Shown one piece after another: positions 38,263 to 47,535 of a stretch of 64,000 nucleotides of DNA. The notes under the pieces are model-generated. The model worked only from the letters and a program-made list of their open reading frames with translations, made no database searches and was not told where the DNA came from. Numbering within the stretch: position 1 is the first letter of the stretch; each line of letters starts with the position of its first letter. The translations under genes were made by a program, and so were the position numbers. Source of the stretch: Terriglobia bacterium (GTDB taxonomy: Bacteria > Acidobacteriota > Terriglobia > 2-12-FULL-54-10); NCBI GenBank assembly GCA_965198025.1, contig OZ240237.1, positions 1,689,093 to 1,753,092 of the forward strand, read 5' to 3'.

Positions 38263-39069
38263 GTGTCCCACCCGCAGATTGCCATCTTCGCCAGGCTGGC
38301 GGATGGAAATGCAGACCCGGTTCGAGCCATTGCGGGCCAGAAATCACTCCTCGCCCGTTCGACGCACGGCATCGCGTACGACCACATCCGGGACCTGATT
38401 CTGGTGCCGAATTTCTACGCGCAGGCGATTCAGTTTTTCCCGGGAGACGCGAATGGCGAAGTGGCCCCGGAACGGATCATTCAGGGTCCTCTGACCCAGT
38501 TGAACAATCCGGACAAGCTGATGCTCGACGCCGTAAACAACGAAATCCTGATCCCGATGCGGGACCGCCTGCTGGTGTTTGACGGCAGCGCCGAGGGGAA
38601 CGTGGCTCCCAAGCGCATCCTGGGTCCGCACCCGGACTTGGGGGCACAGGTGGTGGCCGCCGACCCAGTGCATGATCTGCTGGTGTTGGCGGGACGCGGG
38701 GGCGGCTACGGCGGGCGGTTCCAGATTTTCGACCGTACCGCGTCGGGCAACGACGAACCCAAGTGGGTGATCGCCGGTCCGAACACCGAACTGCAACGGT
38801 TCATGGGACCGATCGAGGTGCAACCCACACGCGGTTTGATCGTCGCCGGGATTCGGACCAATGCGGAATTGGGCGGCCCGGATAACTTCGTCGGGGTGTG
38901 GGACATATTCGCGCGCGGAGACGCCCGGCCGATTTACCGCATTGGAGGCCCTAACGTGCTCCTCGAACAAGTGCGCGGTATCACCTTGAATCCCAAACAC
39001 AAGGAGCTGATCGTTTCCGACAAGCGCATCAACGGAGTGATGACCTACTACTTCCCGGAGATTTTCTAG
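38263..39069 (+). CDS. beta-propeller repeat protein, C-terminal part; same frame as 36802-38262 and continuing the interrupted blade (VSHPQIAIFA...)
   Basis: Begins at GTG immediately after the TGA with no RBS; five further blades of the same repeat type; ends ...YYFPEIF like its paralog. Confidence 0.7.
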   Translation: MSHPQIAIFARLADGNADPVRAIAGQKSLLARSTHGIAYDHIRDLILVPNFYAQAIQFFPGDANGEVAPERIIQGPLTQLNNPDKLMLDAVNNEILIPMRDRLLVFDGSAEGNVAPKRILGPHPDLGAQVVAADPVHDLLVLAGRGGGYGGRFQIFDRTASGNDEPKWVIAGPNTELQRFMGPIEVQPTRGLIVAGIRTNAELGGPDNFVGVWDIFARGDARPIYRIGGPNVLLEQVRGITLNPKHKELIVSDKRINGVMTYYFPEIF

Positions 39070-39087
39070 CGCGGTTGGCCAGAAAGA

Positions 39088-39134
39088 GCAAAACCCCCTC
39101 CCCACTTTTCGTGGGGAGGGGGTTCTTGTTTGTC
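39088..39134. terminator. bidirectional intrinsic terminator (12-bp stem ccccctccccac / gtggggaggggg) between convergent genes
   Basis: agcaaaa ccccctccccac ttttc gtggggaggggg ttcttgtttgtc lies between the propeller gene end (39069) and the receptor gene end (39152). Confidence 0.65.
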
Positions 39135-39151
39135 AACCGGACCGGCTCCGC

Positions 39152-42100
39152 CTAGAAGGTGAACTTCAGGCCGAACTGGATCTGCCGGGCGGTGGTGGTC
39201 AATTCGTCACCGGGAATGCGCCCGGCATGCGGGAGGTAGCGGGTGATTCCATCGCCGGCCGCATCCGGGTCGAATACATCTGCTTCCGGCAGACCCAGGT
39301 TTGGACGGTTGAGGAGGTTGAAGAATTCAGCCCGGAACGTCAGGTCCTTTTCTTCACCCATCTGGAACCGCTTGGTTAGCGTGAAGTCCAGGCTGATCAG
39401 CCGGGGTCCGATCATCGTGTTTCGGCCGATATTCCCGAAGAAGCCCGGTTGCGGCACAGCCAGTCCCAGCGGATTGGGCAGCGCGAACGCGTTCGGGTCG
39501 AACCACTGGTCCGGGCTTCCAATGATGGGGTTGAGGACATTGCCCGTATAGTTGGGATTGACATCAGGACGCTCCGAGCCCCCGCTATTCCCCTGCCGGG
39601 ACCAATCGAATCCCATGTCGGGGGTGAAGGGCTGTCCGGCCAGCGCCGTGAAGACCCCGCTGACAGTCCAGCCGCCCAGAATCGCATTGGCGGCGCCGCT
39701 CTCAAACTGGAACGGCAGCGGAAGCGTGCCCGTCGACGTGAACACGTGCGTGGAGTCGAAGGCCGCCCGCCCCCAATCTCTGGTCAAATTAAACGGGTCC
39801 TGGGAGGTGCCGGGGTCCCGCGTCCCGTTGTCGCTGCTGTTCAGACCGCCCTGTTGGTTCATGACCTTGGAATAGGTGTAGTTGGCCTGGAAGAGCGCAC
39901 CGGCAACGGTCTGGCGCGAAAACCGAACTTGCAGACCGTTGTAGTTGGCGTTCGCATCGTCGGCTCTCTGCCGGACGCGGTCCCAGTTGGGGTTGCGGCG
40001 GATGCCCGTGGTCGAGGTCGAGGGGCACCGGCGGGCAAGACTCGATACCCCATCCCACCCACCATACGGCGCAGGCAGGCAGACCTCGGAGCCGCCGCTG
40101 CGCGAAGGACGGTAAACGACGCCATTCGACAGGAGTTCGGGTATGGGGGAATTGAGCTGGAAGTAGCGTTCGAGGTGGCGCTGCTGGGAGCCGACGTACG
40201 CGATCTCGACCACGCCCCGCGCCCCTAATTGCTGCTGCAACGCCAGGGTGTAGCTGTACTTGGTCGGCTGGTCCATGTGCGGCAACAGCGGTTCAGTCCG
40301 CAGCCGCACGGCGTCGCCCGTCACAACCCGTGAAGTCAGCGGGAAGGTGTTCGCCAGCACATCCTCGTTCCGAATCCGGGCCCGCGAGTAGAAGGGAGGA
40401 TACTTCGACAGGCTCTGCGTGTAGTAGGAGGGCAGAATCAGGTCATGGTAAACGCCGACGCCGCCGCGCAACACCCGCGAAGCGCTGTCGTCCAACTGCC
40501 ACGCAAACCCGAACCGCGGCTGGACGTTCTTCCTGCCCATCTCCGTGAACGCGTACAGATCCGGTCCGATGTTATCCGGATATCCAGGATATCCAGAGGT
40601 TCTTTCCACCCTCCAATCCGGATGGAGACCTAATTGATTCTCGTTATGGTTGATATCGAGCAGATTGGAGATCCGGTTGTTGGCTTCGGTGGGGTCGGTG
40701 ATCCACTCCCAGCGCAGCCCCAAGTTCAGCGTCAGCCGCGGGTTCACCTGCCAGTCATCCTGGAAGTAGACCCCGTACATCGTGTTGCGGAGGCCCTTGT
40801 AGCCGGTCTGCCCGGGCAAGGTCCCGGACCACTCGTGAGGTTGAGCCAAGAGCAGGTTCTCGGGGGTCTCGAAGGCGTAAGCCGCTCGAGTATCCGTCTG
40901 CACGTTCATGTTGTTCTGGACGCGCCGGATCGAACCGCCCCACTTGAACGTGTGCGTACCCCGGACGTAGGTCATGTCGTCGCCCCACTCCCAGAGGTTG
41001 TATTTCCACCATCGGGGCCGCGTGCCGTTGCTCCCGCCTTCATCGTAAAACAGGATGCCGTTGATTTCTCCGACGATGATCTCGCCGATTACCTGCCCCG
41101 GGACCCAGGAAAGCCCCTCCAAGCCAGAATTCGTGAGAATTGCATCCTGGACCTGCGCCGTCCGATTGAGAGCGACTCGGGCCGAATTGACAATGGTCGG
41201 CGAGACCACCGAGTTGGCTTGCAACGTAATGTACTGCCGCCGCGCCTCGTTTGTATTCAGAAAGGCTTCTTGTTCATCGGGGTTATTCCGACTGTCGTCA
41301 TCGAAGGAGTAGCGGCCAAAGATGTTGGTCGAGTTCGTGAGCTGATGGTCCACCCGGCCCATGAAGTAATCCTGCCGGCTGGCTTGATTGGGCGCCGAAA
41401 AGTAGAGGCCCACCGAACTGTCCAGCCCCCCCGGGTCATTGGGGTCAAACGGCAAGATCTGGTGCGGGTCCGGATAGAGTGCAAAGAAGGGCACCACACG
41501 GGGGTCGGGCGTAACCATGTAGGTGCCGCTGCCGTCGGCCAGGGGCAGGATTCCCTGCTTGACCGCCGGGGTCGGCACGCGGACCTCTGTGCTTTGGCTC
41601 AACGCCTCGCGCAACCCTTCATAGCCGGCGAAGAAGAACGTCCGGTCCCGGATGATCGGCCCGCCGATGGTGCCGCCGAACTGGTTCCGGCGGAACGGCG
41701 GAACGTCCCCCGTGCCGTCCCCGTCGAAGTCCAGGTCATCCCGGAACTTCCGCGCATCGAACGCGCTGTTGCGCAGGAACTCGAACGCCGTTCCATGCAC
41801 CTGGTTGGTGCCGGTCCGGGTGACCGCCGAGATCACCGCCCCGGATGCCCGCCCGTATTCGGCGCTGAAGGTCGAGGCCACGATCTTGAACTCCTTGATC
41901 GTATCCACGCCCATGTTGGTTCCCGCCGCGCCGCCCGGCGTGTTGTTCGACGCATCGTTGATGTCCGTCCCGTCCAGCAGAAAGCTGTTCGACGTCGCCA
42001 GACTGCCCGACGCGCTGAATTTGTTTCCCCCCGGGCTGCCGTTAAAGCTCTGGCCCGACGTCGTGTACTTGACAATCCCGGGTTGCAGCAGCGCCAGCTG

Positions 42101-42559
42101 GTCGTAGCTCCGGCCGTTGAGCGGCAACTCCCGGATCGTCCGGTCGTCCACCAGGCCCGTGATGTTGGCGTTCGTCAACTCGATCAGCGGAGCCTCGCCA
42201 GTCACTTCCACCGTCTGCGTGACCGCCCCCACCTGCAGCGTGAAATCAACGACTGCGGCCCGGCCCACCGTCAGGACGATTCCTGAGCGGACCGCCGTTT
42301 GGAACCCATCGAGTTGGGCTCGCACTTCATAGTTGCCTAAGCTGAGCGCCGGAGCCGAATACCGCCCCGCTGCATTGGCTGTTACCGTACGGGTGATCCC
42401 CGTATCCTGATTGGTGAGTACCACATTGGCTCCCGGAAGCACCGCGCCCGATTCATCGCGCACCGTCCCCGAGATGGTTGCCGTGTTCACCTGCGCCCAC
42501 ACCAGTGAGCTGCAAAAGGCGAACGCCAACGCCAGCATTGCAATTCTTCGCGTCGCCAT
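39152..42559 (-). CDS. TonB-dependent receptor-like outer membrane protein with CarboxypepD_reg domain (1135 aa from ATG 42559)
   Basis: GGAGG RBS before MATRRIAMLALAFAFCSSLVWAQ signal peptide; CarboxypepD_reg segment SGTVRDESGAVLPGANVVLTNQDTGI; plug motif LPLNGRSYDQLALLQPG; C-terminus QIQFGLKFTF. Confidence 0.85.
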   Translation of the reverse strand: MATRRIAMLALAFAFCSSLVWAQVNTATISGTVRDESGAVLPGANVVLTNQDTGITRTVTANAAGRYSAPALSLGNYEVRAQLDGFQTAVRSGIVLTVGRAAVVDFTLQVGAVTQTVEVTGEAPLIELTNANITGLVDDRTIRELPLNGRSYDQLALLQPGIVKYTTSGQSFNGSPGGNKFSASGSLATSNSFLLDGTDINDASNNTPGGAAGTNMGVDTIKEFKIVASTFSAEYGRASGAVISAVTRTGTNQVHGTAFEFLRNSAFDARKFRDDLDFDGDGTGDVPPFRRNQFGGTIGGPIIRDRTFFFAGYEGLREALSQSTEVRVPTPAVKQGILPLADGSGTYMVTPDPRVVPFFALYPDPHQILPFDPNDPGGLDSSVGLYFSAPNQASRQDYFMGRVDHQLTNSTNIFGRYSFDDDSRNNPDEQEAFLNTNEARRQYITLQANSVVSPTIVNSARVALNRTAQVQDAILTNSGLEGLSWVPGQVIGEIIVGEINGILFYDEGGSNGTRPRWWKYNLWEWGDDMTYVRGTHTFKWGGSIRRVQNNMNVQTDTRAAYAFETPENLLLAQPHEWSGTLPGQTGYKGLRNTMYGVYFQDDWQVNPRLTLNLGLRWEWITDPTEANNRISNLLDINHNENQLGLHPDWRVERTSGYPGYPDNIGPDLYAFTEMGRKNVQPRFGFAWQLDDSASRVLRGGVGVYHDLILPSYYTQSLSKYPPFYSRARIRNEDVLANTFPLTSRVVTGDAVRLRTEPLLPHMDQPTKYSYTLALQQQLGARGVVEIAYVGSQQRHLERYFQLNSPIPELLSNGVVYRPSRSGGSEVCLPAPYGGWDGVSSLARRCPSTSTTGIRRNPNWDRVRQRADDANANYNGLQVRFSRQTVAGALFQANYTYSKVMNQQGGLNSSDNGTRDPGTSQDPFNLTRDWGRAAFDSTHVFTSTGTLPLPFQFESGAANAILGGWTVSGVFTALAGQPFTPDMGFDWSRQGNSGGSERPDVNPNYTGNVLNPIIGSPDQWFDPNAFALPNPLGLAVPQPGFFGNIGRNTMIGPRLISLDFTLTKRFQMGEEKDLTFRAEFFNLLNRPNLGLPEADVFDPDAAGDGITRYLPHAGRIPGDELTTTARQIQFGLKFTF

Positions 42560-43089
42560 AGTCACCCTCCTCCTGTTGGATTTGGTTAGCGGCGAAACCT
42601 GCTGCGCCTGGTTATTGTTCGGACGGAAGCCTGCTTCTGCACGAACTGTCACTATCCCAACCCGACCCGTAGAACTCAGTCTCTTCCCTGTCCAGTACGG
42701 CGGCTCTTCGGTTCCCGTTACCCAATTCCCCAAATTTGTAAAGACCTGACACCGCCTCTCGATGTTCATCATACGCCACTGCAGCCGAGACCACAATCAG
42801 CTTTGCAATGTATATTTGCCAATTAGCTATACGGGTTTTGGCAGTCCAAACCCTGAGTCTGAACCGGCAATTCGTCCAAATTTCGGTGTTCGAACCGCTA
42901 TGACGTGATGAGTCTTGCCGACATGGCAGAATGAGGATGTGCGGGCGAAGTGGTAGCCAAAACGTCTGCCTCTCGCGGTACTCCAGGTGGGGATTGACGA
43001 AGCCAGGACACGCGAAGTAGGATTGCCGTAACCGGGGAATCGGCCGGTGCTGTTACGTGTTCTGCTAATCGTCCGGCGAGTCAGGCAGG

Positions 43090-43530
43090 ACGGACGCCGG
43101 CGCGGGTGAGGGAACGCGGAGCGATGCGCAAGAGTTCTTTGCAGGGAAGTCTCCAAGTCGCTACGCTAGCGTGGTGCGCGTGCTGCAAAGCATTCCACGG
43201 GATCGGGGTAGGCCGAAGCGGCTGTTCTGTGACAACGGATCGGAGTTCTCCAGTCAAGTGCTGGACCTGTGGGCCTATCAGAACGGGGTGAAGATCGATT
43301 TTTCTAGGCCCGGCAAACCGACCGACAACGGGCACATCGAATCGTTCAATGGGACGTCCCGGGAAGAATGCCTGAACACCCATTGGTTCACAACACTGGG
43401 AGAAGCCAGGCAGATCATCGAAGCTTGGCGGAGGGAGTACAATGAGAGTCGACCTCACCGGGCCCTGGGGGAGCAGATCGCAGCTAGCTGCGATCTGAAA
43501 GGCCTGCAAAACCCGCAAGACTCACCCTGA
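43090..43530 (+). pseudogene. IS3-family transposase remnant (C-terminal part of a DDE/rve integrase core only)
   Basis: Translation ...YASVVRVLQSIPRDRGRPKRLFCDNGSEFSS...FSRPGKPTDNGHIESFNGTSREECLN...ESRPHRALG matches the rve-core second half of IS3/IS407-like OrfB; no N-terminal half, OrfA or inverted repeats were seen. Confidence 0.7.
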
Positions 43531-43624
43531 CCCTGGTACAGAATTCCTGGACCCTTCAAGTGATGTAGACTCTATCACAAGGATTGGTACAAAAACTCGG
43601 TCTGGTCAAACCGATGTTTAAACC

Positions 43625-45592
43625 TCACGGAAGCGGTCCAAAGTCAGGTGGTGGTATGCGGTGTTTCGTTGATGCCTCATAGGCAGAAGCTATCTTGATG
43701 AGTGTTGGCTCACCAAAATGCGGGCCGGCGAAGGTAATGGACACGGGCAGCCTTGCAGGAATAGGTCCCACCAGTTTCCCATCTCCATCACGGTCAAACA
43801 CATGGGACGTAAATCCTGCCGGGACGTTCATCGTGGGAAAGCCGCCATCTCTACCCATTACTCCCCAAATGCTATGATGGTTCGGACTATTGTACCTTGA
43901 AGGTTCCGAAGGATTCCCAAGCACATGGGCGACATGGATACTGGACGGATAGGTCACAGCATGAAGGTCGAGCATTGTCATGCATTGCAGGAAGACGGTC
44001 TTATAGGCAAGCCTGTCCTGAAAAAGGCTGGCCAGATCCAGCGTCATGGCGGCATTAATGCGCTCCAGCTGTACTTTAAAACTCGTGAAATCGGTGCCGG
44101 GACGAATATCAGTAAAGAAATTCGCCTTGTTAATCATATCCGTGACGCTTTGGATATTCGAATCGCCCCGCTCTCGCAGATAACGGTTCAGGAAGTATTT
44201 ATTTTCTCCGATGATGAACTTCGGTCCCAGACTCCTGATATTCGGAACTCCACTTTCCGTATGCGGAACTAGCGATGGATCGAAGTACATATCCACCAAG
44301 CGTTGGATGGGGTCTTCTCCTGGTGGAAATTGATCTGGGAACTGGTTGATGAATAGCTGGTTGCGATATATTGGAACATACTTATCAACACATTCCTGGA
44401 ACAGGGCGCCATGCTCGCCTGGATCAATGATAGTCGCGCCAAGGCCGCGCAGATCGTCAATGGCTCTGTCCACAATATCGATGCTCTGGAACGAAGCCTC
44501 ATTGAAAAGATCTTTATCCATGAACTCGCGGACCACCCCGATACGCATACCCTTCAGGGGCTCCTTGTTGACATCTTCTTCAGCGACTACAAAGTTATGG
44601 TAGGGTTCTTCCGGGGTACGGCCAATGCTATAGACAGTCCTCTCATCCCTGGGGTCATACCCGGCGATGACATCAATCACACGGGCAGCGTCCTCTACTG
44701 TGCGACATATGGTTCCGGTTCGGTGATTAAACGCCTCTCCAAACATACCGTCCTGACTCACCAGTTCCTGCGTCGGTGCTATCCCGACAGCGCTGGCATT
44801 TCTGGCGGGGTGAAGGATCGATCCACCGGTCTCCTCCGCAATAGCACACGTGACCAAATTCGCTGCCACGGACGAGCCGGAGCCACCACTTGAACTACCG
44901 GGGGATCGGGTCGTATCGTGGGGATTACACAATGTCCCGCCAAAAGAGCTCCTGGATCTTTGTGAGCCGCCTTCTCCCAGATTAGCTTTAGCCAAAATAA
45001 TAGCCCCTGAATCTCTGAGTCTCGTTATGACATTGGCATCATCCGGCGGACGGTCATTTTCATAAAAGGCATCCATGCCAAGCGTAGTGCGCATATCAAA
45101 CGTGTCATACTGGTCCTTAATACTAAATACGACACCATGCAATGGGCCCACTAATTTTCCTGTCCTGGCAAACTCTTCATCCAGCGCAGCTGCAACTTCC
45201 AGCGCGTCAGGCATGTCAGGGGCGTTGTCTTCAAGGTCCGTCATGCTGCGTGCCTTACGTTCGTCAAAGCCCCATACTTCTCTGTGCTCAGGCCTGAGGT
45301 TCAAAGTCATTAGCGCATTGATTTGACCTGCATTTGGAATTATCGAGACAGGTCCAAGGATCCCTTCAGGTTGATTCACACATACCCCGTTATATGCTTT
45401 TATTCGCTCAAGGTACATGTGAACTACGTCTGTAGCAGTAATCTGTTTTGTCGTTATTGCCTTTTGGATATCCTCAATGGTCGCTTCTAACAGGTTAAAA
45501 GGCTTTTCCTGACCATGGGCAGGAGATACGACCGAGAGTAATACATATAGAAGCAAGGTCGACTGAGCAAGCCCTGAACAAGAACTCTTCAT
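43625..45592 (-). CDS. secreted amidase-signature (AS) family amidase
   Basis: Signal peptide; amidase signature GGSSGGSGSSVAANLVTCAIAEETGGSILHPA; 655 aa. Confidence 0.85.
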   Translation of the reverse strand: MKSSCSGLAQSTLLLYVLLSVVSPAHGQEKPFNLLEATIEDIQKAITTKQITATDVVHMYLERIKAYNGVCVNQPEGILGPVSIIPNAGQINALMTLNLRPEHREVWGFDERKARSMTDLEDNAPDMPDALEVAAALDEEFARTGKLVGPLHGVVFSIKDQYDTFDMRTTLGMDAFYENDRPPDDANVITRLRDSGAIILAKANLGEGGSQRSRSSFGGTLCNPHDTTRSPGSSSGGSGSSVAANLVTCAIAEETGGSILHPARNASAVGIAPTQELVSQDGMFGEAFNHRTGTICRTVEDAARVIDVIAGYDPRDERTVYSIGRTPEEPYHNFVVAEEDVNKEPLKGMRIGVVREFMDKDLFNEASFQSIDIVDRAIDDLRGLGATIIDPGEHGALFQECVDKYVPIYRNQLFINQFPDQFPPGEDPIQRLVDMYFDPSLVPHTESGVPNIRSLGPKFIIGENKYFLNRYLRERGDSNIQSVTDMINKANFFTDIRPGTDFTSFKVQLERINAAMTLDLASLFQDRLAYKTVFLQCMTMLDLHAVTYPSSIHVAHVLGNPSEPSRYNSPNHHSIWGVMGRDGGFPTMNVPAGFTSHVFDRDGDGKLVGPIPARLPVSITFAGPHFGEPTLIKIASAYEASTKHRIPPPDFGPLP

Positions 45593-45832
45593 AGAAGTAC
45601 CTCCTGGGTTCTATTACCGATCCTGAAGGCCACATTGCGGGGCAGGCGGGTATCCTCAGCCTTGTGGACGACACCCATGCTGCCTGTGTCGAGATGGCCC
45701 AAAACTTCATATTGGTTCAGCCACGTGCCTGGAGAAAGAGCCACAGCGTACCCCCGCCGGTGCAATCCTGTGGGCTGCTATGAATCGGTGCGCACCTAGC
45801 TTATCGGAAGGCCACGGTGCGGGGCAAGCGGT

Positions 45833-47527
45833 CTATGGATTCCCGGGCACTGGTGGGGCGCTTCGCTTCTCTGTACGGGTCACAGGCGTGGCGCCCAATC
45901 GGAGAAGCAATTCCGCCGTGCTCTTGTGCTCATTGGCTGAGCCGCGATAGCGCTTGTCGCGCCGGTCCACGAAGCCGGAGGGGTCTCCCTGCGCGATACT
46001 GAGCGGCGTCTGGCCATAACGATCCTTCGGGTCGAGGCGGGCACCTCGGCTTACCAGGAACTCGATGATGGCATTGGCCCCCCGATAGGCGGCGCCGTGC
46101 AGCGCGGTCTGGCCGTCTTTGTCAGCTGCGTTGACGTCGACTCCGAGTTCAACTGCCAGCTGAACGGCTTCCAGAGCATTGGCTTCTTCGGCTGGCGTGC
46201 GGTCTTCGAGCTGGCCCAGGCCGGCGGCCACGATAAGCGGCGTCACTCCATCCTGGGTCGCCAGCAGGGGATTCGCGCCAGCCCTCACGAGGGTTTGCAT
46301 GGCCGCGACATCGCCCGACGCAGCCGCCAGCAGGAACGGAGTTGCGCCAGGCTGCCGCAGATGCGGCATATTGTTGATATCGGCGCGGGCGAAGGGCGGG
46401 TAGTTGAAGGGTGGAAAACCTTTACCGATGCGGGCGTTTGGATCGGCTCCCCGCGCCAGAAGGGCCTGCAGTAAGTCGGGCATGTTGGGGAAGATCCATT
46501 CCTCGTCAGTTGGAATTCGCCCTCGGGCCATGCCGATTGCCGCACTGCCTTCACGCACCGCGTAGTGCAGCGGGGTCAGACCCCATCCATCCGTCAGGTT
46601 TGGATTCGCGCCCTGTTCAAGCAGGAAGAGCGCCAGCGTCTCGTATCCGTTGGCTGCTGCCACCAGCAGCGCATTGCCGTAGTCTGGGGTGGCGGAATCG
46701 AGATCCGCCCCCGCCTCCAGCAGCATTCTGGCTGTTTCCAGATCGCCGTGCATGCTGGCGAACATCAGCGGCGTAAACCCGCCCTTGGAAGAGACTGGGT
46801 CCCGATGAAAGTCCTCCGCATCTCGCCGGCCCATTCTGCCTGGGACATGCTCGTGAACTCCGAAAGTAGCATACAGCAGTGGCTGGAAGCCTTCGGTCAG
46901 ATGCGACGCGGCATCGACGTCTGCCCCGCGAGCGATGAGCATCCGCACGATTTCCGGACGCTTCTGCGCTGCAGCCCACATCAGCGCCGTCTGCCCGCGG
47001 CGGGTCGCTCTGTTAACATCCGCACCGTGTTCCAGCAGCGCTCGCACCGCATCCGCATTGCCCGTCCGTGCGCAGACCATGAGCGGTGTCGCCCCGCTCC
47101 ACCGAGCAGCGTTCGGATCGGCCCCCCCCTCCAGCAGCTTCTCTGCCATGGTGTGGCTCCGATTGGTGCAGGCCAGGGAAAGAGGTGTGACACCATAATC
47201 GTTCGCCAGATTTGGATCGGCGCCCGAGCGGATCAGAAGGTCCGCCATTCTCAGGTCGTCCCAGCGGGCCGCCCACGCCAGCGCCGTCGTTCCGTCCAGC
47301 TGAGCTGCATTCACATCCACATGCTGTTCCAACAGAGCCAGCGCAGTCGCCCAGTCGCGACTCTTGACTGCCTCCGCCAGCCGCAAATCGCCGGGGGGAG
47401 ACGAAAAGCTCATCGCCGAAAAGATGATCGAAAACGCGGCCGACAGAAGGAAATTCTTTGCCCCGCCGTTGGAACGCATCGTGCTGTGGTCCATCCAGAT
47501 CCCTTTCTGCACCTGCTTTTCAGGCAC
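45833..47527 (-). CDS. ankyrin repeat protein, secreted (signal peptide)
   Basis: At least 10 ankyrin repeats (G.TPL..A...G......LL..GAD.N); N-terminal signal sequence; starts 9 nt after the DUF1552 gene stop. Confidence 0.85.
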   Translation of the reverse strand: MPEKQVQKGIWMDHSTMRSNGGAKNFLLSAAFSIIFSAMSFSSPPGDLRLAEAVKSRDWATALALLEQHVDVNAAQLDGTTALAWAARWDDLRMADLLIRSGADPNLANDYGVTPLSLACTNRSHTMAEKLLEGGADPNAARWSGATPLMVCARTGNADAVRALLEHGADVNRATRRGQTALMWAAAQKRPEIVRMLIARGADVDAASHLTEGFQPLLYATFGVHEHVPGRMGRRDAEDFHRDPVSSKGGFTPLMFASMHGDLETARMLLEAGADLDSATPDYGNALLVAAANGYETLALFLLEQGANPNLTDGWGLTPLHYAVREGSAAIGMARGRIPTDEEWIFPNMPDLLQALLARGADPNARIGKGFPPFNYPPFARADINNMPHLRQPGATPFLLAAASGDVAAMQTLVRAGANPLLATQDGVTPLIVAAGLGQLEDRTPAEEANALEAVQLAVELGVDVNAADKDGQTALHGAAYRGANAIIEFLVSRGARLDPKDRYGQTPLSIAQGDPSGFVDRRDKRYRGSANEHKSTAELLLRLGATPVTRTEKRSAPPVPGNP

Positions 47528-47535
47528 TGGTTTGT

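Noticed and set aside
42827-43156. 109-aa minus-strand ORF next to the IS remnant
   Set aside because: No RBS or homology-like features. It overlaps the transposase-remnant region and is most likely spurious.
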